A stretch of 64,000 nt of DNA from Chloroflexota bacterium (GTDB taxonomy: Bacteria; Chloroflexota; UBA11872): positions 2,464,164 to 2,528,163 of the forward strand of contig OZ244802.1 in assembly GCA_965220135.1 (NCBI GenBank). Direction: 5' to 3'. Made by a program: the position numbers and the translations under genes. Positions 19,048 through 27,580 of this stretch are shown piece after piece. Every line of letters starts with the position of its first letter. Position 1 is the first letter of the stretch. A model generated the notes under the pieces. The model did not search any database. It was not told where the DNA came from and saw only the letters and a program-made list of their open reading frames with translations.

Positions 19048-19118
19048 TGTTGTGTCAAGGGGCCGAACCGTCTGCCTGGCGCTACGCAGGGACCACATGC
19101 ACGGCGGGGAGGCACGGC

Positions 19119-19529
19119 ATGGCATCGGACTGCTCAACGTTTCACTCGGCGCTTTCCTGGTACTCAGGCCGACTTTCGGAGAAACGGCGGTTCCCGCCCG
19201 CGGAAGTCAAACGCCACTTGCAGTGGCTGCGCGAATTCGGCGAGTCGTTCCCCCAGCGCATGGATCCCGCCAATATCGGCCAGCGCGAAGTGGTGCTCTA
19301 CTTCGCCGAGCACTGCGACGACTTTGGCGACCCGGTCGAGTGGTATTACCGCTATAAGGCCATCGAGACGTTCTACGAGGACATGTCCTCCGAGTTGGAC
19401 ATGCCCAATAACCAGATCAAGGGCCTGTACGACGAATCCGACCTCGATCCCGAACTGCTCGAGCGGATTCCCGATCGCCCGCGCATGGCTCCGGTGGACT
19501 GGTCGCGCGACGAACGCCACATGTACTAG
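19119..19529 (+). CDS. Hypothetical protein resembling a stand-alone integrase N-terminal (SAM-like/core-binding) domain
   Basis: SD GGGGAGG; helical pattern HLQWLREF...VVLYF...YKAIETFYE...PNN. Confidence 0.6.
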   Translation: MASDCSTFHSALSWYSGRLSEKRRFPPAEVKRHLQWLREFGESFPQRMDPANIGQREVVLYFAEHCDDFGDPVEWYYRYKAIETFYEDMSSELDMPNNQIKGLYDESDLDPELLERIPDRPRMAPVDWSRDERHMY

Positions 19530-19617
19530 CCGGCGTCGCCAGGCCGTCGGCCCGGCGACGTTCCATCCGGGGCCGCGCTACCATCCGGTCGCGCCGCGAC
19601 GCGCCCGAGTCTGACCG

Positions 19618-20439
19618 TTGACCGTTGCCGAGTTCCGTGCGCGCAAAGGCGCCGGAGGCTCTCTGGTCTGCGTCACGGCCTACGACGCCCCCTTCGCCCG
19701 GCTGGCCGAACGCGCCGGCGCGGATGCGCTCCTGGTTGGCGACAGCGTGGGTCGCACGGTGCTCGGTCACCCCAACGAGTTGCCCGTCACTGTCGACGAC
19801 ATCGTGCACCACTCCGCCGCCGTGACTCGCGCGGTCACGTCAACGCTGGTGATCGCGGACCTTCCCTATATGTCCTATGCCTCCGGCGACATCGCCCTGC
19901 GCAATGCCGCGCGGCTACTGCAGGCGGGCGGCGCGGACGCTGTCAAGCTGGAAGGCGGCGAGGAAACCGCGAACGTGACCGAAGCTCTCACCAGCCGGGG
20001 GTTTCCCGTGATGGCCCACGTGGGCCTCACGCCGCAGTCGGCCCACGCGCTGGGCGGCTATCGCGTCCAGGGCGTCAGGCTCTCGGCCGCCCAGGCCATC
20101 GTGGACGGCGCACGCGCCCAGGCCGACGCCGGCGCCTTCGCCATCGTGCTGGAGCTCATTCCCGCCGGGCTGGCCCGGGCGATTACCGAGCACATGCGCA
20201 TCCCAACCATCGGGATCGGCGCCGGCCCCTACTGTGACGGACAGATTCAGGTGATCTACGACCTACTGGGCTTCGCCGAGACCACCCACCGGCACACGCG
20301 CGTCTTCGCCGACATTGGCGGGATGGTCGAGTCCGCCCTGACCGACTACGCCCGCGCCGTTCGCCATGGCCTGTTCCCCGCGCCCGAACAGAACTTCAAA
20401 GGCAACCGAGGCGTGGTGGACCGCCTCAAGTTCGACTGA
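19618..20439 (+). CDS. panB: 3-methyl-2-oxobutanoate hydroxymethyltransferase
   Basis: TAYDA, LVGDS, ADLPYMSY, AVKLEGG, HVGLTPQS, TIGIGAG. Confidence 0.96.
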   Translation: MTVAEFRARKGAGGSLVCVTAYDAPFARLAERAGADALLVGDSVGRTVLGHPNELPVTVDDIVHHSAAVTRAVTSTLVIADLPYMSYASGDIALRNAARLLQAGGADAVKLEGGEETANVTEALTSRGFPVMAHVGLTPQSAHALGGYRVQGVRLSAAQAIVDGARAQADAGAFAIVLELIPAGLARAITEHMRIPTIGIGAGPYCDGQIQVIYDLLGFAETTHRHTRVFADIGGMVESALTDYARAVRHGLFPAPEQNFKGNRGVVDRLKFD

Positions 20440-20440
20440 T

Positions 20441-22114
20441 CTACTCCTCGATCGTGCCGTGCCGCGGCTCCTCGATGAAGAATCCGTGCTTCTTGGCCAC
20501 CAGGTCCCGGTAATGCTCGTTCCAGCGATGGTATGAGGGCGAATCGCCAACCACCGCTTCGGACGTGATAAGCATCGCCGCGGCGCTCCCGGCATTGCGC
20601 AAAGCCGATCTCGTCACCTTGAGCGGATCGATCACGCCGATCGCCACCAGGTCCTCGTACTCGCCGGTGGCGGCATTGAAACCCATGCGCCCGTCAAGCT
20701 GCAGAACCTCGTCCACCGCCACCGCGCCGTCGTAGCCGGCGTTATCGGCAATCACTTCCAGCGGCATCCGCAGCGCGTCGCGCACGATGCTGCGGCCGAT
20801 GGCTTCGTCGACAGACAGCGACGGGTCGTCCTCGATCGTCTCCGAGGCTCGGGCCAGGGCCGTGCCGCCGCCGGGCACGATCCCCTCCTCCAGCCCGGCG
20901 CGAGTCGCGGAAATGGCGTCCTCGATCCGATGCTGCAACTCAAACCGCTCCACCGCGCTGGCCGCGCCCACCCAGATTTCGGCAAATGACCCCGTCAGGT
21001 TGTTGGCGCGCTCCTGGTGCTTTTCGCGGTCGAAGTGATTCTTCATCCGCCCGTGCTGCATCCAGATGTACTCCACCCGTTCGCGGATGGCCATCGGATC
21101 CCCGTGGCCTTCCACAAAGAACGTCTGTTCCTTGGTACAGCGCACGCGCTCGGCGGTGCCCAGCACATCCAGGCCGATCGCCCGCCACGGCTCGCCGGTC
21201 TCATGGCCCACGATCGTTCCGCCGGTAAAGATCGCCAGGTCTTCCAGCATCCAGCGTTGTCGCTGCCCGAATACCGGCGCCTTGACGCAGATGACCTCCA
21301 GATTGCCGGCCTGCTTGTTGGTCGCCAGCATCGTCACCACTTCGCCAATGATCTGCTTGGCCACGATCACCAGCTTCTTGCGCCCGCTGGCCGCGTACTG
21401 CTCCAGGAACGGCAAAAAGTCGCGCAGATGCTCAATCTCCCGGTCGGTGATCAGGATGTCCGGGCTCTCGATCAGCGCCTCGGTCTCGGCCGTGTCGGTG
21501 GCAAAGTGCGACGACAGGAATCCGGAATCCAGGCGCATGCCGTCCACGTACACGACTTCGGTCTTCAGGCCCTTGCCCTCGTCCACCGTGATGGCGCCCT
21601 CGACGCCCTGACGTTCAAACACGTCGGCGATCAACTCGCCGACGAATTGGTCGTTCGCGGACATGCCCGCCATCCAGGCGACCTCTTGCCGTGACTCCGC
21701 CCGGATGGCTTGCTGGTAGAGCGCCGACTCGGCCTCGGCCAGCGCCGGGTCCATGCCGCGCCGAATCATCATGGGGTTGGCCCCGGCCACGATGGCCTTG
21801 AACGCCTCGCTGTACATCGCCTGGGTCAGTACCGCCGCGGTCGTGGTGCCGTCGCCGGCCACCGTGTTGGTCTGGCGACAGGCCTCGTAGACGATCTGCC
21901 CGCCCGTGTGGAGGAAAGTGTTCTCGACTTTGATGTCCCGCGCCACGGTCACGCCGTCGTTGGTAACCGTGGGCGGACCGAGGCTGGGCTTGTAGGCCAC
22001 GTTGCGACCCTTCGGCCCCATGGTCACCTTGACGGCATTGGCCACCATGTCCACGCCCTCGCGCAGGGCGAGCCGGGCTTCGAGGTCGAATACGACAGCG
22101 CGATCAAGTACCAC
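20441..22114 (-). CDS. groEL: Divergent chaperonin GroEL paralog
   Basis: TMGPKGRNV, TNDGVT, AGDGTTTA, EEGIVPGGG, IDPLKVTRSAL. Confidence 0.92.
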   Translation of the reverse strand: MVLDRAVVFDLEARLALREGVDMVANAVKVTMGPKGRNVAYKPSLGPPTVTNDGVTVARDIKVENTFLHTGGQIVYEACRQTNTVAGDGTTTAAVLTQAMYSEAFKAIVAGANPMMIRRGMDPALAEAESALYQQAIRAESRQEVAWMAGMSANDQFVGELIADVFERQGVEGAITVDEGKGLKTEVVYVDGMRLDSGFLSSHFATDTAETEALIESPDILITDREIEHLRDFLPFLEQYAASGRKKLVIVAKQIIGEVVTMLATNKQAGNLEVICVKAPVFGQRQRWMLEDLAIFTGGTIVGHETGEPWRAIGLDVLGTAERVRCTKEQTFFVEGHGDPMAIRERVEYIWMQHGRMKNHFDREKHQERANNLTGSFAEIWVGAASAVERFELQHRIEDAISATRAGLEEGIVPGGGTALARASETIEDDPSLSVDEAIGRSIVRDALRMPLEVIADNAGYDGAVAVDEVLQLDGRMGFNAATGEYEDLVAIGVIDPLKVTRSALRNAGSAAAMLITSEAVVGDSPSYHRWNEHYRDLVAKKHGFFIEEPRHGTIEE

Positions 22115-22471
22115 GCCAAGCCTCCTCGGTCAGCTTTCTGGGTAAGCGGCAAAAAAGGCGCGGCTCAATGGGCCGCGCGGGTTAATCATTGTCCGCTACT
22201 CGCGGCCTGCCGACAAGGACTCCTCGACCAAGGTTGCGGGGCGCGTCGGTCGCGTCCGCGGGGTGCTGAGGCGACCGCCCAACCCGGGCGGGCGGCGCGG
22301 TGCGCGTGGAACTCGCGTCCATCCGCACCTGGCGAGCCGGCGAGGCGAGCGGATTCCGGAAGGGGATCGGACGCCTCGCGCACCACGGGCCGGCGATGCC
22401 GGCGGCTAGAATCAAGGGAGGGTGGAAGCCGGGTTTCGGATCCCGCCTCGTACCTGGAACAAGGTCTGCCT

Positions 22472-23803
22472 ATGCGCCGGGGCATCGTCGTCGCCGCCGT
22501 TCTGGCCCTGGCCTGCCTCACCGGCTGGCAGACCGTCACGCCGGCCGCGGCCGACAGTCCAACCGTGTTGGTCATGGACGTCGAAGGCCCCATCAAGCAA
22601 CTCACGGCCGACCACATTGCCCGGGGAATAGACACGGCGCATACCGACGACGTTGACCTCGTCGTCATTCGCCTCAACACACCGGGCGGGCTGCTTGAGC
22701 CGGTGCGGACCATCGTTCAGACGCTCCTTGACTCCGAGATTCCGGTCGTCGCCTACGTCTCGCCTGCCGGGGCCCATGCCGGATCCGCGGGAACCTTCGT
22801 CGCGGCCGCCGCCAACTTCGCGGTCATGGCGCCAGCGGCCAACATCGGCGCCGCCTCATCGCAGGAGTCCGTCGGAGGCAAGATCCGGGGAACCGAGGCG
22901 TACCGGCTCAGCCAGGACTTGCGCGCCTTCATCCGCAGCATCGCCGAAGCGCGCGGACGCAACGCCGACGCCCTGGAAGACACGGTGAGCAACGCGACCG
23001 CGTTCTCCGCCCAGGAAGCCCTGAGTCTCGGCGTCGTTGACCTGATTGCCCCCAACCTGCCCACGGCTCTCAACCAGCTCGACGGACGTCAGACCACCAC
23101 CGCGGCGGGCGCGACGACCGTCGAATCCCGCGATGCTCACCTTCGCCACCTGGGACCCACCGTGCTCGAGTACCTCATGGGCTTGATCACCCGGCCCGAG
23201 GTCGTGTTCATCCTGTTTGTGACCAGTTGCCTCGCCTTGCTCGTGGAGGTGCTGTTTCCCGGTTTGATCATTCCCAGCCTCATGGGTGTGATTGGACTGG
23301 CTCTGGCGATCCTGGGCTTTCTGAACCTGCCCGGCAGTTGGCTGGGAGTTGTGTTTATCGTCTTCGCCGCCGCCCTGTTCTACGGGGAAACCACGGTCCC
23401 GGGTTTCGGTTTTTTCGGCGCGGGGGGCGTCCTGTTCCTGGTCCTCGGCGGGATCTTCCTCTTCGGCGACTTCTTCCGCCCGTCGGACCTGCCGGAACCC
23501 AGCTTCATGGTGAATCCCCTGGTGATCGCGGTGATGGGCGGAATCGCGGCGGTCGCGTGGCTCGTGTTCCTTCGTCTCGCTCGCGCTGACGGTGGGGAGG
23601 CCAGCGGCTTTCAGTCCGCCGCCGATGCGGCGCTCGTGGGGCGCAGGGGCGTCACGGTCTCCGATTTGCGACCATCGGGACGCGTGCTCATCGGCGAGAC
23701 GGAGTGGGTCGCCACGGCCGATTCCGGTGTGTTGATTCGCCAGGGCGAACAGGTCCGCGTCAGGGCCGTATACGGGCAGGTGCTCAAAGTCGAGAGAGCC
23801 TGA
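22472..23803 (+). CDS. NfeD family membrane-bound ClpP-class protease
   Basis: LNTPGG, AGSAG, NIGAA, AEARGRN, TM region, C-terminal LRPSGRV..W. Confidence 0.88.
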   Translation: MRRGIVVAAVLALACLTGWQTVTPAAADSPTVLVMDVEGPIKQLTADHIARGIDTAHTDDVDLVVIRLNTPGGLLEPVRTIVQTLLDSEIPVVAYVSPAGAHAGSAGTFVAAAANFAVMAPAANIGAASSQESVGGKIRGTEAYRLSQDLRAFIRSIAEARGRNADALEDTVSNATAFSAQEALSLGVVDLIAPNLPTALNQLDGRQTTTAAGATTVESRDAHLRHLGPTVLEYLMGLITRPEVVFILFVTSCLALLVEVLFPGLIIPSLMGVIGLALAILGFLNLPGSWLGVVFIVFAAALFYGETTVPGFGFFGAGGVLFLVLGGIFLFGDFFRPSDLPEPSFMVNPLVIAVMGGIAAVAWLVFLRLARADGGEASGFQSAADAALVGRRGVTVSDLRPSGRVLIGETEWVATADSGVLIRQGEQVRVRAVYGQVLKVERA

Positions 23804-23863
23804 GCGTCCGCACCGGATACCGTCGAGCACCCTGCGGCTGGCCGCCCGGCTGCACCGGATGCC

Positions 23864-24604
23864 CTACCAGTCGCTCGGCGGAAACTCCTTCATCAGCTCA
23901 CGCTCCTCGTCGGACGGAGCGCAGCGGTCCAGCAAGTCGGGACGCCGACGCTGGGTCCGGTGCAGCGCCTGCGCCCGGCGCCATTGCTCCACGCGCGCGT
24001 GGTGTCCGCTGAGCAGCACCGCAGGCACGCGCAGATCCCGAAACTCCTCAGGCCTCGTGAACTGTGGGTGGGAGAGACGCCCCCCGGCGTGCGACTCGCC
24101 AACCAGTGAGTCGGCGTCGCCGACGACGCCGGGCACCAGCCGGGCCGCCGCGTCGATCACCACCATGGCGGCCACCTCGCCGCCGCTGAGCACGTAGTCG
24201 CCCACGCTGATCTCCTCGTCCACGACCAGTGGGCGCACCCGCTCGTCCACGCCCTCGTAGCGTCCGCAGATCAGGATCAGGTGCGGCCGCGCCGCCAGTG
24301 CCGCCACGCCCGCCTGCCTGAGCGGCCGCCCCTGTGGGGACAGCAGGCCAACCCAGGCGTCAGGTCCGCGCAGGTCCTCGACCGCCGCAACAATCGGCTC
24401 GGCCTTCAGCACCATGCCGGGGCCGCCGCCATACGCGTAGTCGTCCGTGACTCGATGCGGCGGGTCGGCCCAATCCCGCAGGTTGTGTACCCGCACGTCA
24501 ACGGTTCCCGCCGCGCGCGCCTTCCCCAGCAGGCTCACGTCCAGGAAGCCCGCAAAGCTCTCGGGAAAGATCGTAATCACGTCCACCCGCCAGATCGGCG
24601 TCAC
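23864..24604 (-). CDS. trmD: tRNA (guanine-N1)-methyltransferase
   Basis: [37 protein letters not shown]. Confidence 0.97.
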   Translation of the reverse strand: MTPIWRVDVITIFPESFAGFLDVSLLGKARAAGTVDVRVHNLRDWADPPHRVTDDYAYGGGPGMVLKAEPIVAAVEDLRGPDAWVGLLSPQGRPLRQAGVAALAARPHLILICGRYEGVDERVRPLVVDEEISVGDYVLSGGEVAAMVVIDAAARLVPGVVGDADSLVGESHAGGRLSHPQFTRPEEFRDLRVPAVLLSGHHARVEQWRRAQALHRTQRRRPDLLDRCAPSDEERELMKEFPPSDW

Positions 24605-25107
24605 GCGCGCAGTCCTTCGATCAGCTCAACCGTCAGTTCCCGGCGCTCGGGGTCGAACCGCTGCACCACGTCGGCAATTGCCGGAACAAGAACCTCGCCA
24701 TCCGGACCACGCACCACGTAGACGTCATTGCTGCCCGTGGCGATCACCTCGCGCAGGATGCCGATTGATTCGCCGGTCAGCGCCACCACGCGCACGCCAA
24801 TCATCTCGGCCTCGTAATAGCTGCCGTCGGGGAGTGGGACCGCCTCCGTCAGCGGCACCGCAATCTCGGCGCCGCGCATGTCTCGCGCCTCCTCGCGCGT
24901 CTCAATGCCCTGGAGCTTGAGCCGCGGTTTCACGCCCGAGTGGAAAGCCACAACTGCCGTGGGCGTTCGGCTCGGGCCGACGTACACGCGTCGGCCGGCC
25001 TCCAGGTTGGCCAGCACGTCGGTCTCCAGGCGTACTCTCACTTCACCACGAACCCCAAACGCCCCCAGCACAGTGGCGAGGACGATTTCCGTGGCCGTAT
25101 CCGTCAG
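24601..25107 (-). CDS. rimM: Ribosome maturation factor RimM (probable CTG start overlapping khpA stop)
   Basis: [35 protein letters not shown]; synteny. Confidence 0.92.
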   Translation of the reverse strand: MTDTATEIVLATVLGAFGVRGEVRVRLETDVLANLEAGRRVYVGPSRTPTAVVAFHSGVKPRLKLQGIETREEARDMRGAEIAVPLTEAVPLPDGSYYEAEMIGVRVVALTGESIGILREVIATGSNDVYVVRGPDGEVLVPAIADVVQRFDPERRELTVELIEGLRA

Positions 25108-25340
25108 CGGCTCTCCTGGATATCGAGCGCCAATCGCCGATCCCCGCCGACCGGCGCGGCGTGCATGACCGCCCGGATAGCCCGGGCCACACGCCCCTGT
25201 CGGCCGATGACTCGACCCATGTCCGATGGGTGAACGTAAAGCTTGTAAATGCTCAGATAATTCCGCTGGACCCGGTTTACGCGTACCGCGTCCGGCTCGG
25301 TCGCCAGGTTGCGAGCGATGAACTCAACCAGCTCGTCCAT
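25104..25340 (-). CDS. khpA: KH domain RNA-binding protein
   Basis: DMGRVIGRQGRVARAIR between rpsP and rimM. Confidence 0.92.
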   Translation of the reverse strand: MDELVEFIARNLATEPDAVRVNRVQRNYLSIYKLYVHPSDMGRVIGRQGRVARAIRAVMHAAPVGGDRRLALDIQESR

Positions 25341-25346
25341 GCGACG

Positions 25347-25622
25347 CTACGCGCCGGGTCCGGTGGCCGCGGCAGGCGGCTGCGGCATATTCCTGGCGAT
25401 CTCCAGCAGCTTCCGCACCCGCTCCGTGGGCTGCGCGCCCTTGCGGATCCAGTCCTCGGTCGCCGCCACGTCCAGCCGGATCGTGGAAGGGTCGGTCAGG
25501 GGATCGTAATAGCCCAATTCGGCGATGCGCCGGCCGTCGCGCGCCCAGCGCGCCTCGGCCACCACCACCCGGTAGCTGGGGCGCTTCTTGCGTCCGGTGC
25601 GGGTCAGTCGAATCTTCAGCAT
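25347..25622 (-). CDS. rpsP: 30S ribosomal protein S16
   Basis: MLKIRLTRTGRKKRPSYRVVV...RDGR..LGYYDP. Confidence 0.97.
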   Translation of the reverse strand: MLKIRLTRTGRKKRPSYRVVVAEARWARDGRRIAELGYYDPLTDPSTIRLDVAATEDWIRKGAQPTERVRKLLEIARNMPQPPAAATGPGA

Positions 25623-25922
25623 GTGGAAAAGACTCCAGAGAACTCGTGGGGATCACCGGCGGCGGGCCCTACACCCCTCAAGCGCGCCGGCTCCCCGATC
25701 ATACCCACGCCACCCGCCCCTGTCACCGGCGAATGCCCTGAAGTCGGCGGCTCAACGGGTGGGACCGTTCGACCGACGCGAGGAGCCGAGTGCCCGTGCC
25801 ATCCGTGTCTCCACCAACCCCGCTGGTGTTTGTTCTCTACTACCATGTCGTTGGGCGTTCTCGGGGTTTGGTCGTGTCGACCGTCCACGGCGCTCAGCCC
25901 GAACGTAGGAGACTTGATCGAA

Positions 25923-26114
25923 ATGGCAGCTCAAGAGGTAAGCGTCCGGGTAGCGAACGAACGGCGACGCGAGATCCGGTCGACGCTACGTGACCTGGCT
26001 CGGTGTCCGCTGGAGCAGCGCCACCGTGTGCTGCGCGATGCGCAGATCGCCGTGGACCCTGGCGAGACTCGCGCGTGGGACACGGCCCTGATTGACTTGG
26101 TTCATCAGCCGTAG
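25923..26114 (+). CDS. Putative antitoxin (63 aa)
   Basis: SD AGGAG, small ORF ending 8 nt before MazF-like gene. Confidence 0.55.
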   Translation: MAAQEVSVRVANERRREIRSTLRDLARCPLEQRHRVLRDAQIAVDPGETRAWDTALIDLVHQP

Positions 26115-26122
26115 AACCGTCT

Positions 26123-26483
26123 TTGGCCAACGATTCACCGACTCGGGGCGAGGTCTGGCTGGTTCGTCTGCCTCGTGCGGTCGGAGTCGAGGTGCAGCGC
26201 GATCGCCCCGCCGTCGTGATGAGCTTGCCGGCCCTTGACGCAGTACCCATTCGCATCGTTGATCCGCTGACAACGTGGCGCGACCAATACGGCGGCCGGA
26301 TTAACAGACTGCAAATAGAAGCAAGTGCCTGGACGGGGCTGCACGCGGAGTCAGCAGCTGACGTCCTCCAGATGCGGAGTGTACCCACGGAGCGATTCCT
26401 CAGGAAGATTGGCGTTCTGGAGGCTTGATGAGGTCGAAGAGATCGCGGCAGGCGTGGCTTTTGCCGTCGACTACATCGATTAG
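26123..26483 (+). pseudogene. PemK/MazF family toxin, frameshifted near 26425
   Basis: RGEVWLV, RPAVV, PLTT, ADVLQMRSV..ERF..KIG; C-terminal helix DEVEEIAAGVAFAVDYID* continues in the +1 frame. Confidence 0.8.
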
Positions 26484-26530
26484 CGGGGCCTGGGGCTAGA
26501 CTTCGTCGACTCTTCTGAGATCAAACGCCA

Positions 26531-27580
26531 ATGCCTGTTCGGATTGGAGTAATCGGAGCCGGGGCCTACGCCCAGCGTGCCCACCTGCCGCCGCTGCTGG
26601 AGCATCCCGACGCCGAGGTCGCGGCGCTCTGCCGCCGGAACCCGGTTCGACTGGCCGAAGCCGCCGACGCGTTCGGCGTCGCCGGCCGCTACACCGACTA
26701 CGCGGATCTGCTGGCCGACGACTCGCTCGATGCAGTCACCATTTCGCTGCCGCACAACCTTCACTACCCGGCCGCCCGCGCGGCGCTTGAGCGCGGTTTG
26801 CACGTGCTGGTGGACAAGCCCCTCACCCTGCGGACGGACCACGCCCAAGAGCTGATGACGCTGGCCGAACAGCGTGGCCTGACGCTGATGGTCGCCTTCA
26901 ACCGCCACTACGAACCGCCGTTCACCAGGGCGCGGGACCTGCTGGCCGACGGCGCCATCGGCGACTTACGGCTCATCCAGGCCTACATGGCCTACGACTG
27001 GGACCTCTGGATGCAACCGTCCGAGCGTCGCTTCACCGGCGCGGGCGCCGCCATGCTGGACGGCGTGTCGGACACCCAGGCCACGCTGCTCCACGAAACC
27101 AGTTTTCGGAGCGATGCCGCGGCCAACGGCGGCGGCTTCTTCGCGGATGGCGGCGCGCACGTGCTGGAGGCTTGTCTCTGGCTGGCGGACTCGCCGGCCT
27201 CCACCGTCTTCGCGCTGATGGACTCGCCGCACGCCGACCTGTACACCGCCCTGAACCTGCAACTCCAGTCCGGCGTGCTGTGCAGCCTCGCCTGTGTGGG
27301 CGACACCCCAACGCCGCGCGACTTCGGTTTCCACCTCTACGGGTCGACCGGCGCCATCCACATGCGCTGGGACCACCTGACCCTGGAACGTGAGTTGCGA
27401 GACGCCGAGACCTTTGACAACACGTCCATGCCGTTCATGGGCAGCGCCCCGGCCAATTTCATCGACGTAATCCTTGGGCGCGCCGAGCCGCGGGCGACGG
27501 CCCACGACGGCCTGCGCCAGGTCGCCGCTATGGAAGCCGCCTACCGCTCGGCCCGAACCGGCGCCCCAGTGCGCGTCTAG
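26531..27580 (+). CDS. Gfo/Idh/MocA family oxidoreductase
   Basis: IGVIGAG, HVLVDKP, GGGFFADGGAH. Confidence 0.92.
   Translation: MPVRIGVIGAGAYAQRAHLPPLLEHPDAEVAALCRRNPVRLAEAADAFGVAGRYTDYADLLADDSLDAVTISLPHNLHYPAARAALERGLHVLVDKPLTLRTDHAQELMTLAEQRGLTLMVAFNRHYEPPFTRARDLLADGAIGDLRLIQAYMAYDWDLWMQPSERRFTGAGAAMLDGVSDTQATLLHETSFRSDAAANGGGFFADGGAHVLEACLWLADSPASTVFALMDSPHADLYTALNLQLQSGVLCSLACVGDTPTPRDFGFHLYGSTGAIHMRWDHLTLERELRDAETFDNTSMPFMGSAPANFIDVILGRAEPRATAHDGLRQVAAMEAAYRSARTGAPVRV

Noticed and set aside
26417-26431. prfB-like programmed +1 frameshift (GGAGG CTTGA) in mazF
   Set aside because: The P-site codon is GCT and cannot re-pair in +1; SD spacing is wrong; a simple indel is more likely
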